From NCBI RefSeq assembly GCF_009914755.1, contig NC_060940.1: a stretch of 64,000 nucleotides of DNA, one strand, 5' to 3'. Every line of letters begins with the position of its first letter. The stretch's first letter is position 1. The position numbers and the translations under genes were made by a program. Below are positions 45,997 through 61,283 of this stretch, piece by piece. Under the pieces are notes generated by a model. That model was not told the origin of the DNA. It saw nothing but the letters and a program-made list of their open reading frames with translations, and did no database searches. The DNA comes from the human T2T-CHM13v2.0 reference genome, Homo sapiens.

Positions 45997-46829
45997 TGTT
46001 CTGCTCTCCCTGATCTGTGTCATATACAGACTCTCTTGGATTCCTTACCAGTTGCTTGAGAGATCGCAGTGGGTTTGTGGGGAAAAAGTTTTCAAGATGA
46101 TGGATCTTTCCCAACTTCTGCAGCTGTCAGCCGTCTCCCAATCTCACCAGCCCCACTTTGTCTTTAGGAATTTATTGATTATTCCAGCTTTACTTGTCAT
46201 GGTGGTGCCTATTTGCGTCTGTTCTATGTAAGTGCATCCGTCCTCTTTCGCCTTGCAGGTGCTTGTTTTCCCTCACATTTTGACTCAGTTCTTGGCAACC
46301 TCGTTGCTATAAAAATAAAGTCATGACTTTGAAGTTAGTTTGGGTCTTTCATTGTTGTCAGGTTTGGAACCCTATTCCATCCCAGATCTCCAAAACCCAG
46401 ACTTTTTGGGGGGTTGAAATTTTAGGGTTTCTCTTTGAATTGTAGTTTTATCTTCTTTCAGTTACCATTTGCATTTTCATAATGATTAATGAGACTAAGC
46501 TTTTTTGTGTAGTTGACTGTACCTTTGGATTTTTTCCCCAAATACCTTTTTATTTCTTCTTTTCTTTATGGTTTTAGAAAAGGTAGTTTACATAATTGCA
46601 GCTTGATTTTTTACTCAGTTAATGGCATGCTTAATGGAGAGAAAAAATATTAAATATATTTCCCTTTTTAATTACTGTGCTTTTTTCTTTTTTAAGGAAA
46701 TGTTTCATTATGTTAAATTTCAGTGTTATTCTACTTAGCTATTCCTTAAATATTATAGTATTTAGGATTTCACATGTAAATTTGTAACATATCTTGAGTT
46801 TATTATGTATAGAGTAAGGCTATTTTCTC

Positions 46830-47285
46830 TTTTTTGTTTTTTAAGGTAAAAATCACATAATATAAAATTAACAACCACCATTTTAAAGCATACAATGCAC
46901 TTGCTTTTAGCATATTCACAATGTTCCAGGGCAATTTCATCATGTCCCTTCCAAAAACCCATTATACATAAAGTTGTTACACCCTAATCTGCTTCCCTGA
47001 GCCCTAATGACCACTAATCTGATTTATATCCCAATTGATTTGCCAATTCCTAATGTTTCATGTGAATAAAATCAAGTAATATTTGTCCTTTTGTGCACTT
47101 AACAGAATGCTTTCAAATTTCACCAATATTATACCATATATAAGTACTTCATTCTTTGTTATAGCTGAAAATTGGGTGTCCATTTATGAGTCAACAAGCA
47201 TATGGATTGTTTCCACTTTTTGACTGTATGAATATTACTGCTGTAAATATTCATGCACATGTTTATTTTTTGAGCACCTATGTTT
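46830..47285 (-). mobile_element. L1MB-like 3' end
   Basis: aaaatcacataatataaaatta...attttaaagcatacaat...tattcacaatgtt. Confidence 0.65.
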
Positions 47286-47289
47286 TGTA

Positions 47290-48740
<1,451 letters not shown>

Positions 48741-48759
48741 ATGTATGCACAGATAGGAG

Positions 48760-49185
48760 CTAAATTGTTTCCTCTATATAGATGCTGAAATTCTAACCAC
48801 TGAATATGACCTCATTAGGAAATAGGTTCTTTGCAGCTGATCAAGTTAAGATACAATCAGATGAGCCTGAATTCAATATGACTGATGTCCTTGTGAAAAG
48901 AAGAAATTTGAGTAGAGGGAGACATACACACAGGGAGAGTACCATGTGATTATGAGGACAGAGATTAGCCAAGGAATGCCAAAGACTGCCACTAAACCAC
49001 CAGAAGTGAGAAACAAGGCACAGAGCAGGCTTCCTCTCATAGCCCTTGAAGGGACCATCCCTGCTGACACCTCAATCTCAGACTTTTAGCTCCCAGGACT
49101 ATAAGATTATAAGACTCTAAATGTATGTTGTTCAAGGCACCCAGTTTGTGTTACTTGGTTATGGCAGCCCTAGAAAACTAATACA
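48760..49185 (+). mobile_element. MLT1C-like LTR
   Basis: agccaaggaatgccaaagactgcc...accaccagaag...ggcagccctagaaaactaataca. Confidence 0.8.
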
Positions 49186-49229
49186 TGAACTAATAACAAA
49201 GCATAATAACATGAAGCAAAAATTGACAA

Positions 49230-50770
49230 AAGAGGAGCATCAGCAAAATGGCAGTGGAGAAAGCTGCAATCTTTCATTTCCCCACAGAAACATCACACAA
49301 CTAAGAGAAACTGTCCGAATAAACTTCGCCAAAACTCTGGAAAATGGTCAAAAGATTACAACATCCAAGTGAAAGCAGACTCAAGAAAAAGACAACTGGA
49401 AAACTTTACGACATTTTTAACTTGCCTTTGCCCCAGCAAATTGGCAGTTCTGAAGTGTCAGAAGCCCACGTTCCCAGTGAGGAAGCCTGGTCCATGGTCC
49501 AAAGGAACAAGAGAAGATCTTAACCACAAATTATTATGTGTCTGTTCTGACTGGTCTGGGGGATACCTAAAGGACTCATGAAAGGCTTTTTTTTTTCTGT
49601 GTTGCTAGAATACAGAACATATAAGGAATGGACATTATTAAGAAACTCTGCAAGGAGACCTAACAAACCACAGATGCTTAGGGCAAAAATTAAAGTTTAC
49701 ACATATAGTAGATCACCTTCAGCACAGCAAGAAAAGTTGGAGAAGAGTATTTCAAAAACTAAGACATACAAAATCATTCACATACATGGGAGAGTCTACA
49801 AAGTCACATGTATTCATAGGTTAAGCCACATGCTGACAAATGTCATAAGAAGACACTACACTTTTACCTTGGCCGATCCCTCCCCTCAGTGCAAGCTCTG
49901 TGCAAGAGTGAACTTGAACTTCACTCAGTGCAAGAGTGAACACACACTTTGTGCCGGCTTTAAAGAACCCAGCACAAAGCCAGTCTGCATGGCCTAGAGA
50001 CATATTTTGCTGGACAATGATTACTTGTTTTTCTTTTTGTTTTTCTTGTATTTGCCTGTTTGATTGGTTCCTGACATACCAGAAAATCACTGTGAAAACA
50101 TTAGCTTAACATTTGTTAAGGAAACAAAAAGACTTCGGTGACCACACCTTATAAACCAAACAGTTTTGTAAATCACTTTGGAAAATTTCACTAAAAAAAA
50201 AAAAATCCTTCACAATATAATAAGTAAAGAAAATTTAAAACCACAAAACATTACTGTGTTTGTAGGGGGGGGTTCTGATTTACAGAGTAACCACATAGTA
50301 ATTATAATTATTAGAATGTCCAGTTTTCAAAAACGTTACAAGGCATACAAAGAATGGGAAAGTGTGGCTCATTCAAAGGACCAAAATAAATTGACAGAAA
50401 ATATCCCTAAGGAAACCCAGACATCAAACTTACCAGACAAAGACTTTAAAACAACTCTCTTCATTATACTCAAATGTCAAAAGGAAAACATAAAGAAATA
50501 AAGGAATCAGAAAAAATATTAAAAAGTAGGAATATCAGCAAAGAGATAACAGAAATTCTGGAGTGGAAAACTACAATGATAAAAATTTAAAAATCACCAG
50601 AGGGATTTAAGAGTATATTTGCACACACAGAAGAAGCCATGAACTTGAAGAGAAGAAAATGGAAAATACTGACTCTCAGAAACAGAAAGAATAAAAAATA
50701 AACAATGAGCAGAGACTAATGAATCTGTGGGACATCATCAAATAGACCAACATTCATATTCTAGAAGGAT
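49230..50770 (+). mobile_element. Old L1M 5' region/ORF1 fragment
   Basis: ccctaaggaaacccagacat...gacaaagactttaaaaca; ctgtgggacatcatcaa. Confidence 0.55.
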
Positions 50771-50795
50771 AAATTATGTTGTTAAAAAGTTTACC

Positions 50796-50945
50796 ATTCT
50801 TTCTTTTCACCTTTCTTCCTTCCTCCTTCCCCCTCCTCCTTTTTACTTTTCTTCCTCTTCCTTTCTCTTCTTCTTTCTCTCCTTCATTATCCCTTTCACT
50901 GTTTCTCTTTCTCCCTTTCTCCTTTTTCTTTTCTTTCAATTTTCT
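50796..50945. repeat. CT-rich low-complexity tract
   Basis: Pyrimidine run. Confidence 0.85.
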
Positions 50946-51269
50946 CAATTACTAAGAGATGTTTAAGTACCCTTACCATGTTAGTAGATATGGTTATTTC
51001 TCCCTTTAGTTCTCTTTTGAGATTTATAGTCACTCAAATAAAGAGATAACCCAAACATAAGCGTCACAAACAGGCTTTCATACCATTCTTAATTTGGTCC
51101 TGTAATTCTTCATTGCTGTATTAACTTTCTGATGCTTTTAAGGATGTTTTATAACAAATTGTGTAGCTTTTTCCAATGGAATGTTTATTCTGAATTATCT
51201 AATTCATATTGTAAGTATAGAGGGAGTTTAATATAAAATTATTAAACTAATATTTGTGAAAGAATGTAT

Positions 51270-52070
51270 TTGTGCATTTAACAAATATGTTAATCCTCAG
51301 ACTGTTATTGGGCAGCTGAGCATACAGGAATAAAAATAACACAATTTTTATGTGTACAATATTTATGGAATACGTTACTGGACCCAATAAATAATTTAGT
51401 TAATAACATGACAAAGAACAGAAATTGTATACACTATAGAGCATAGTAATGGAATAATGAATGATTAAAATTATTAATATTAGGTAGAAAATGAAGGGTA
51501 TCTTTGAGAGCAGAACTCAAGGAAGCAAGCAATTCGCCTTATGAGGAAAGAGTTACCTGTGGATAAAGGAGAAACTGAAAAACTTACAAGTCAAGACTTT
51601 TTGAGCAAAAAAAAAAAATACGACTATTAGTCACCAATTCAGTACAGTGAAAAAAATGTTGAAGAGATATCTTGGAAGTAAACCATGTTGTGGAAGAGCA
51701 TGTAGGGTTTTGATAATCATGGGATGATTCTGAATTAATTTTAAATGCGATAGGAATATATGAGATAATTTCACCAGAGAATAATATGATTGTGTTTGCA
51801 TTTCAAAGGGGTGTATCTGGTGCACTGTGTAGAATAAATAGGTTATGTGAGCAAATAAATTGGGAGGCTACTCTAATCCAGCGAAAAAAGGTAGTGACTT
51901 AGGTGAGAATGCTGTCAGGATGAGTGGTAGTAGTGGTGAGAAGTCGTTAGGCCATGGATGTATTTCATAGGACTGGCCAAGAGAACTGCAGCTAAATTGG
52001 AGTGTAGGGAGTGAAATAGAGAACTCAAAGATGACTCTCAGCAATGGAAGGTGACAGCTGTCACTGAAGC
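51270..52070 (-). mobile_element. L2 fragment
   Basis: catttaacaaatat start; gggaggctactctaatccag and tcaaagatgactc are L2-like motifs. Confidence 0.55.
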
Positions 52071-54459
52071 ATGCTGATGCCTCTTATTAAGAGAGTTACT
52101 TGGGAATGGCAAGATCAAAATTTCTCACTTTCAAATTTATGAAAAATATTGTTTTCAGAACGAGTGACTTTGGGATCAGAAAGCCACCATTCTAATTGAT
52201 GGTTCCACGACTGCACGGGCTCACACTCGCAAGAGCAAAAGTAAATCATCACAAAGGTGCTTCTTGATAATTCTAGAGAATGGAGAATTACTGTAACATC
52301 TTTCTGATTTTAGGAGAGGTAGCAGTTCCCTTTTTAGCCTAAACGCCATTTTTTTTTTTTTACAGCTCAGCCAAGAGACTCCATTATAATTTTCAAATGT
52401 GTGTAACTTAAATTCTCATATGAAATACCACTATGCTTAAATTAGTCAAAACATTTTCCCCATCTACAACTCTATCTTGTCATTGCAATCATTTTCACAA
52501 AAGTGACTGCAGCTCACAGAACCTAAAAGGAGAAAATCCAGGGTAGGTTATCTGATCTAGTTAGTTTCAAAGACAGGATCTACAGATTATTTAATATGAA
52601 ATAGGTCACCTGAAATGAAGTGTTTACTGAAAACAGCTTGGATCAGCCCAGTTTTCTACCACTGAACCATGCATTTGGTTTAAAAAACACAACAACTCTG
52701 GGGAATATCAGCTGCTTCCAACTGTGTTGAAGGTGTTAAAGAAAAGAGCATAAAATTGAAAATGATCATCTGAGGCCTTTATAGTCTCTGCTCAAGAGAC
52801 TAGAGTTTTCCATTCTTAACGAAACACCCAAATATCTTAATAATTGGGTAAAATCTAAATATCAGAGATAATTTTATCTTGAAGATTGTTAAATTATAAT
52901 GGTGATTCACTACCTTGCCACGTCTCTGAGTCAAAAATTAGGTCTTTGTTTAGGAATCAATCATAATCTGCAATTTGGAAATAGGAAGATTTTAGAAGAC
53001 TCAGACATTGACTTTCTTGTGTGCAAAAAAAAAGACATATTGAGATAAGACAAGTCTTTCCTTGCAAGGATACCTCTAATGCTCATACACCACCTCCCCT
53101 AACATTAATATAGCTTCCAGGTCACTAACCAGTGTCAGAGAGCAGCCCATGCAACTAGAAATTCAAAAGATGTCGAACATAGGGTCAAGCTTAGAATAAG
53201 ACGTCTTAGCTAATTAAGTATGCTTTTTTCCCGAAAATCATATTAACAAAATCTTGGATATGTCAGAGAATGCATTCTAAGTTCACTCAACCTAGGAGGG
53301 AGAAACATAATTTTAAATTAAGAGCTGAAGCATTCTTGTCCTAACAGAAAGCAAGGAAAACGAAATATCACACCACAGGAGGGATTTCACAAATTTGTGT
53401 CAACATCAAAACCTTAAAATAGGCAAGGAGAATGCAGATTCACAATGAACTCTTGTACTTGTTTTGTTCAGAGAAGAGATGGTTCTGAGAGAATGACAGT
53501 GAACTAACCCCAGCTGGTTTAGTTGGTGCTTTCAACTGCTGCTTCTGATCAACTCCTTTAGCTAGAATAAATTGATGAGGATTTTGGCATGTGGTATTAG
53601 AGATGGTTATTAATTTTCTCCTCTTATTTGCATTGTTCAATATAGTAAATACTAGCTGTATATGGCTATTTCAATTCAAATTAATTACAATGAAATATAC
53701 TTAAATATTGAATTTTTTAGTCACTCTTGGTTCATTATTGAATATCTTCAGCTAAGATTTCCCAACTAAAGACACTAAGAGCTGGCTTAGTTAACTGGTC
53801 GTCCACAAATATTGAAGCTGTTGTTAACTCCTGATATATTCTCTGCAAAGAGAATACTCATGAGCCTCCTCCTGAAATCAGCAGCCTAGAGATAGTTTTA
53901 TAAACGGGATACAAGTTGGAAATCTATATACTCTTTAAGTGTTTGAAATATTAGCTTCCCAGGGAAGAAAATCAAATTCATAAGATATGTTAGGACAATT
54001 TAACTCAAGATGTTCAAAACTGAAATGACATATTCTACAACATGTGATAAAACCACCCCCTAACAACTTAAAGCAAAACAGGGATGGACCTTAAAGACCT
54101 GCCTTTTCCTCATCCCCCAGCCAGTTTTCACATCTTGCATTTTATTTTGAAAGGTCCCTATCCCCCTGGTCTCTTGTTTCTAGACTTGGCACATATTTAA
54201 GTTTGTTACCTCTCTCTACTGACTTTTCTCTCTTCAAACAGTATCTATGCCTGCCAAATGTGAACATACAAAAAACAAATCAGAATGTGCCATTCTGATT
54301 TAAACTGCTTATTAGTTAATACCCTCAAGATAACATCTGGGTTCTTAGCTTCAATGAGTCAAGCCTACTTACATCTTTTTTTGTCTTTGGCTGCACATTT
54401 CCTGTCACATCCACTCCAGCAATGCCAAGCTGTGCCAGCCTTCTACCCCATCTCCATTA

Positions 54460-55389
54460 TTTCGCCCTCCGCCGCCGCGGCTTTTTGCCCCCCCGCCGCC
54501 GGGGCTTTTTGCCCCCCCGCCGCCGCGGATTTTTCCCGCCCCGTCGCGGCGGCTTTCTCCCCCCACCGCGCCTCGGCTTTTTGTACGCTGCGGCTTTTTG
54601 CCCCCTCAACGCTAGAGCTTTTTGACCACCGCGGGTTTTTGACTCTTCACCGCTGCGAATTTTGCCGCCCTGGCTTTTTGCCCGCCAGGGCTTTGTCCCC
54701 CCCCCCCCCCGCCGCCGCGGCTTTATCACCGCCTTGGCTTTTTCCACCCTGCCCCCGCGGCTTTTTGCCCGCCGCGGCTTTCTGCCACCCACCCGCCGCC
54801 GCGGCTTTTTGTCCCCACCCCGCCTCGGCTTTTTGCCCGCTGCGGCTTTCTGCCCTAACCCGCCGCCGCGGCTTTTTGCCCCTCCGCCGCCGCGGCTTTT
54901 TGCCCCCACCCTGCCTCGGCTTTTTGCCCGCCTCGGCTTTTTGCCCCCCGCCGCGGCCGCGGCTTTTTGCCCGACCAGGCTTTTTGCCCCACCGCCGACA
55001 CAGCTTTTTGCACCCTCGCCGCCGTGGCTTTCTGCCGCCGCGGCTTTCTGCCCCCCCGCCGCCACCGCCGCTGCTTTTTGCCCCACCGCCGCCGTGGCTT
55101 TTTGCCCGCCGCGGCTTTTTGCCCCCCGCTGTCACGGCTTTTTGCCCCCCCGCCGCAGCGACTTTTTCCTCGCCGCGGCTTTTTGCCGCCGCCGCTGTTG
55201 CCGCCGCTTTTTGCGCCCGCGGCTTTTTGCCGCTGTTGCCGCCGCCTTTTGCCCCCGCCGCAGCGGCTTTTTGTCCCCGCCGCCGCGGCTTTTTGCTACC
55301 GCGACTTTTTGCCCCGGTCGCCGCCGCTTTTTGCCACCGCGACTTTTTGCCCTCGCCGCCGAGGATTTTTGTCCCCGCCGCCGCGGCTC
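54460..55389. repeat. GC-rich (CGGCTTTTTGCCCCCGCCGCCG)n array, copy 2
   Basis: Same unit as 19766-20369; ~930 bp. Confidence 0.9.
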
Positions 55390-55538
55390 TGAGGGCGGGA
55401 GCGGCAGGCTCGGCTGCCAGCTCTACTGGCGTCCTGGCAAGGGCAGCGCCCAGGGGTGCTCCAGGTCCAGCTCTCCTGGCTTAGGGATTCCTTGCCTAGG
55501 TGCCGGCGCCCCGGGCTCCTTGCCTAGGCCCCTGTGGC

Positions 55539-55769
55539 CTGCATAGAGCGGCGCTGCCTGCGGAGGCGATGGGGGAGAAGAAGGATGGTGGTGGTGGGGG
55601 TGATGCGGCGGCCACGGAGGGTGGCACAGGGGCTGCGGCCAGCCGGGCGCTGCAGCAGTGCGGGCAGCTCCAGAAGCTCATCGTCATCTTCATTGGCAGC
55701 CTGTGCGGGCTGTGCACCAAGTGCGCTGTGTCCAGTGACCTCACCCAGCAGGAGATACAGACCCTGGAG
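55539..55769 (+). pseudogene. KSR1: KSR1 exon 1 duplicate, frame intact
   Basis: (L)[76 protein letters not shown] versus recalled KSR1 [77 protein letters not shown]; 231 bp; donor gtaagg at 55770; no further KSR1 exon recognised. Confidence 0.92.
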
Positions 55770-56598
55770 GTAAGGGGTTCGGGGACCCGGGCTGGGCTCC
55801 AGGAGCAGCCCGGACACCTCCTTCGGGGCCCCAGTTCACTCCTGGCCGAGTTGCACCCTTGAGCCCACGTCACCCCCTTGGAGGCTTCCCCTCCCTCCTG
55901 CACTCGCTGATGCGGCAGCCAGAGGACCCGGGACCAGCCCTCACCTTGGGCAGGATTTGTGGAGCGGGTGTGTGGTGGGAACTGGGATGGAGGCTCCAGG
56001 GTCCCGTGGGGGTGGGGGTGGGCTGCGCGAGGACATCCCCTTACCCCCTGAATTTCCATCTGGTCCAGCCCTCTCATCTTGTAGGTGAGGAAACCGAAGG
56101 CCTGAGGGAGAAATGACTTGCCAGGAACCCCTGTTAAGGAAAATTAACAAAGTGTGGTTATTAAAGAAGAACTGAGTTGGGAGTCAGACCTGGAGGCCCG
56201 CACCCGTGGTTAAGACATTATACCACCTTGAGTCTGGCCTGTTGACTGAGGGTGAGCCACTCCATCCTCATGTGATTGTGGGGTCTTAACCTCAAAGGGT
56301 TTCCTGCAGGAAGAAGCAAATGGGTTTGCTTTCCTAGCTCTGTCCAGTACGTTAGGGACCCTGAGGACTGAAGGGATTCTTGGAGAGCCATCTGGTGTAT
56401 GTCATGGGTAGGTCTTTTTTGAAGGTCAGTCTGCCCAGTGGGCTGGCTCAGCCCGAATGAACTGTCTTGAATCTTTGGAGTTGTCTGTGTACTTTTAAGG
56501 GCTTCTCAGCCTTGCACCAAAAGATCCCCCTGGAAATTAGGTGGGATAAACCTTAACTTTTGTGGAGCCTTGTGTTTGTCTTAAAAGTTCATGCACAT

Positions 56599-56863
56599 AG
56601 CCAGGTGTGGTGGCTCCCACCTGTTATCCTTTCCTGGATCCCTTGAGTCAAGGAGTTTGAGACCAACCTGGACAATATAGTGAGACCCCATCTCTACAAA
56701 AAAGAAAATATTAGCCAGGGGTGGTTGTGAGCATCTGTAGTCCCAGCTACTACTGTGGCTGAGGCGGGAGGAGCACTTGATCCTGCACTGAGCTGTGATC
56801 TCACCAGTGTACTCCAGCCTGGGCCACAGAGCAAGACCGTGACTCAAAAAAAAAAAAAAAAAA
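56599..56863 (+). mobile_element. Degenerate AluJ (paralog of 21559-21819)
   Basis: Same deletions as copy 1. Confidence 0.85.
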
Positions 56864-56982
56864 GACAAGAAAAATTCTTCAAGATTTTGCATTCTGTCCC
56901 ACTATCCATTGGTTTTCATGTCAAGATAATGTCAGAAATTCTTTACAATTGCTTCCAGAAGGAGTAGCCTTTTGATCTAGTG

Positions 56983-57176
56983 CACAGGTGTCCAGTCTTT
57001 TGGCTTCTCAGGGCCACATTGGAAGAAGAATGCTCCTGGGCTGCACATAAAATACACTAATGCTAACAACAGCTGATGGGGTTAAAAAAAAAAAAAAGTT
57101 TGTGCATAATTTTCATGCTACCCACCACCAAAGATAGGTGGAAAAGTCCTTGTAGTCAAAGGGTTGGACACTGCTG
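56983..57176. mobile_element. MER30(B) MITE (paralog of 21930-22123)
   Basis: 8-bp TSD atctagtg on both sides. Confidence 0.85.
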
Positions 57177-57541
57177 ATCTAGTGTCTTGTTGTCCGTTTT
57201 GGCTTTCTCCCTGATTCCAGAATGCAGGTAGAGATGTAGAGACATGGTCTCAGGACAGCTGTTGAGATAAAAAAATTTGTTGTCATTTATTCCCAAGCAC
57301 AGCTGTTTCTCATTGCATTGAAAAAGTCTCCATTCAAACTGCTGTCACATATAAAATCCATTTATGTAAGTCTGTATTTTTCTGTTGTCTTGGCCTTTGT
57401 AGGCAGTAGTGTGTTTTAACCGAGCAAACTGTCCTTCCAAATAATGAAGCCGAAGTCAGCCTACCTACTTGCCATTTTTCTTCCACTTCCATTTTTGTAA
57501 CCTCAGAATAATTGTAAGAATGAATTAAGATTTGTGTTTAA

Positions 57542-57695
57542 GGCCAGGCACAGTGTCTCAGGCCTGCAATCTCAGCACTTTGGGAGGCGGAGACTGTTGT
57601 ATCGCTTGAGCTCAGGAGTTGAAGACCAGCCTGGGCAACATACTGAGACTCCGTCTTGTATAATTTAATTAAAATTTAAAAAAAGAAGAGAAAAA
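57542..57695 (+). mobile_element. FLAM / Alu monomer (paralog of 22485-22635)
   Basis: TSD aagaYttgtgtttaa. Confidence 0.85.
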
Positions 57696-58561
57696 GACTT
57701 GTGTTTAAAATTTAAAAAAAGGGGGGAAAGTGTAATGCAAAATGTGGACTATGCCAGCTATGATTGGGAAAACTAGTTTTTCATACAGCATTATCTGTAG
57801 ACTTGTATTAGCAGCATACTGGTCATAAGCGTTCTGCTTTCCTCAAATATGATGAGGTAAGCTAATTTAAAGTGTGTTGGGGCTTTCTGCTGCGTGGCTC
57901 CTGGAGGTGTTGAGTCCCAATTTCGCCAATTAATTTGGGTTTAGTTTTGACGTGGATAAGGGAGACCAGCTTCATTCATGGTGTACACACAGTTTTGCCA
58001 ATAAGGTAAAAGAAAAGCCACCTGAATGTTCCTACTCATTAGATGCTATCTGGAGAGCTCCTACCCCACCCCCACCAAGGCCCGGGCCATTAAAAAGACT
58101 CAATGCAGTCTTTCTGTATCTCATACTGTATTCTGCAAGATACTCCTGTGAAAGAAAGTTGTGCTGCATCAGTCATCTCCCTCTTGAAGGTCCCTGCGGA
58201 TGAGGATTTGTGTTTTGAAAGTGTTGAGACTTCCTGCAACAACAATTCTCAAACTTATTTGTCCATGGGATCTTTTCTTCCACTGAATGTAGTTGGGGAG
58301 ACACGGCCTTAAGCCTTGAGCAGAGAAAGAGACAAGAAACTGTTGGCTCACTTACAACCAAGTGTTGTGTTTATGTTTTAGGTTTTTATGAAACTGAGAT
58401 GCCGTTTGAGGTTCTAAATGAAATTGGGTGGTTGAAGAGAGGCTGGTATCCCTGTAGACTTAGCCAGCCATGAGAAGTTGCCTTTTGTTGAAGGAGGTGT
58501 TTTACAAAGGGAAATAGGGTGTCTCCTGGGCATCGCATTAGCAATTAAATACATGTATCAC

Positions 58562-61189
58562 TGAAATGAAATGAAATGATGAAATGATGAAATGAAATGA
58601 TGAAATTAAACGAAATGATGAAATGAAGAAATGAAATAATGAGATGAAATGATGAAATGAAACGAAATGATGAAATGGAATGATGAAATGAAATAATGAA
58701 ATGATGACATGAAATGGGGAAATGAAATGAAATGAAATAATGAAATGAAATAATGAAGTGAAATGAAATGAAATGATGAAATGATGAAATGAAATGAAAA
58801 GATGAAATGATGAATTGAGGAAATGATATGAAATGATGAAATGAAATGATGAAATGAAGTGAATGATGAAATGATGAAAAAATGAAATTAAATGATGAAT
58901 TGATGAAATGAAATGATGAGATGAAAAGGTGAAATGAAACGAAATGATTAAATGAAATGAGGAGATGAAAAGATGAAATGAAATGATGAGATGAAATGAA
59001 ATGATGTGATGAAATGATGAGATGAAGTGAAATGATGAAATTATGAAATGTAATGAAATGATGAAATGGAATGATGAAATGAAATGATGAAATGAAATTG
59101 TGAAATGAAATGAGGAAATGAAATGGAATGATGAAATGATGAAGTGAAATGATGAAATGATGAAATGAAATGAAAAGATCAAATGGTGAAATGAAGAAAT
59201 GATATGAAATGAAATGAAATGATGAAATGAAGTGAAATGATTAAATGATGAAATGAAATGATGAATTGATGAAATGATCAAATGAAATGACGAGATGAAA
59301 AGATGAAATGAAATGATGAAATGACGAGATGAAAAGATGAAATGAGATGAAATGATGAGATGAAATGAAATCATGAGATGATGAAATGATGAGATGAAGT
59401 GAAATGAAATGAGATGACGAAATGCAACAATGAGAAGAAATGAAATAAAGGATGAAATGATGAGATGAAATGATGAAAGGATGAAATGAAATGATGAAAT
59501 GAGGAAATGAAATGATGAAATGATGGAATGAAAAGATGAAATGTTGAAATATGAAATGATGAAATGATGACATGAAGTCAAATGATGAAATGATGAAATA
59601 AATGAAATGATGAAATGAAATGAGATGAAATGAAATCATGAGATGAAATGATGAAATGAGATGAAGTGAAATGACGAAATGAAATATTGAGATGAAGTGA
59701 TGAAATGAAATGAAACAATGAAATGAAGTGAAATGAAATGAGATGAAATAATGAGATGAAATGATGAATTGATGAAATGAAATGAGATGAAAAGATGAAA
59801 TGAAATGAAATGATGAAATGAAATGATGAGATGGAAAGATGAAATGAGATGAAATGAAATCATGAGATGAAATGATGAAATGATGAAATGAAGTGAAATG
59901 ATGAAATGAAATGAAATGTTGAGATGAAATGATGAAATGAAATGAAATAATGAAATGAAATGATGAAATGATGCGATGAAATGAAATCATGAGATGAAAT
60001 GATGAAGTGATGAGATGAAGTGAAATGAAATGATGAAATGGAATGATGAAATGAAATGGTGAAATGAAATGAGGAAATGAAATGAAATGATGAAATGATG
60101 AAGTGAAATGATGAAATGAAATGATGAAATGATGAAATGAAATGAAAAGATCAAATGGTGAAATGAAGAAATGATATGAAATGATGAAATGAAATGAAGT
60201 GATGAAATGAAGTGAAATGATTAAATGATGTAATGAAATGAAATGATGAAATGATGAATTGATGAAATGATCAAATGAAATGAGATGAAAAGATGAAATG
60301 AAATGAAATGATGAAATGAAATGACGAGATGAAAAGATGAAATGAGATGAAATGATGAGATGAAATGAAATCGTGAGATGATGAAATGGTGAGATGAAGT
60401 GAAATGATGAAATGATGGAATGACGAAATGCAACAATGAGAAGAAATTATGAAATGAAATAATGAAATGAAAGGATGAAATGATGAGATGAAATGATGAA
60501 AGGATGAAATGAAATGATGAAATGAGGAAATGAAATGATGAAGTGAAATGATGAAATGATGGAATGAAAAGATGAAATGATGAAATGATATGAAATGATG
60601 AAATGACATGAAATCAAATGATGCAATGATGAAATAAATGAAATGAAATGATGAAATGAAATGAGATGAAATGATGAAATGATGAGATGAAAAGATGAAA
60701 TGATGAGATGAAATGAAATGAAATCATGAGATGAAATGATGAAATGAGATAAAGTGAAATGACGAAATGAAATGTTGAGATGAAGTGATGAAATGCAATG
60801 ATGAAATGAAATGAAACAATGAAATGAAGTGAAATGAAATGAGATGAAATGATGAGATGAAATGATGAATTGATGAAATGAGATGATAAGATGAAATGAA
60901 ATGATGAAATGAGATGAAAAGATGAAATGATGAGATGAAATGAAATGATGAGATGAAATGAAATGATGAGATGAAATGATGAAATGATGAGAAATGTTGA
61001 GATGAAATGATGAAATGAAATGAAAGAATGAAATGAAATGATAAAATGAGATGAAATGATGAGATGAAATGATGAAACGAAAGGATGAAATGAAATGATG
61101 AAATGATGAAATGAAAGGATGAAATGAGGAAATGAAATGAAATGATGAAAAGAAATGAAATAATGAAATGAAATGATGTAATAGATGAA
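58562..61189. repeat. (GAAAT/GAT)n simple satellite, copy 2 (~2.6 kb)
   Basis: tgaaa, tga and tgaga units throughout. Confidence 0.95.
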
Positions 61190-61283
61190 CCAAAAATACT
61201 TATTCACTTTTTTTCTTGGCATCCTTCTAAGAGTATTTTAGTGAGGTTAATTTCTAAAAATAAATTGCTATTCAATGGCTATA

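Larger units (their letters stand above)
54460..61189 (+). repeat. Duplicated module copy 2
   Basis: Direct repeat of 19766-23875 with longer terminal arrays. Confidence 0.9.

Noticed and set aside
58538-61222. His/Phe/Ile/Ser-rich ORFs up to 347 aa; snoRNA box C-like ATGATGA motifs; HSAT2/3 identity
   Set aside because: The ORFs are artefacts of the ATTTC/ATC strand. There are no paired D boxes or stems. The unit is GAAAT, not the GGAAT/CATTC of classical HSAT2/3.
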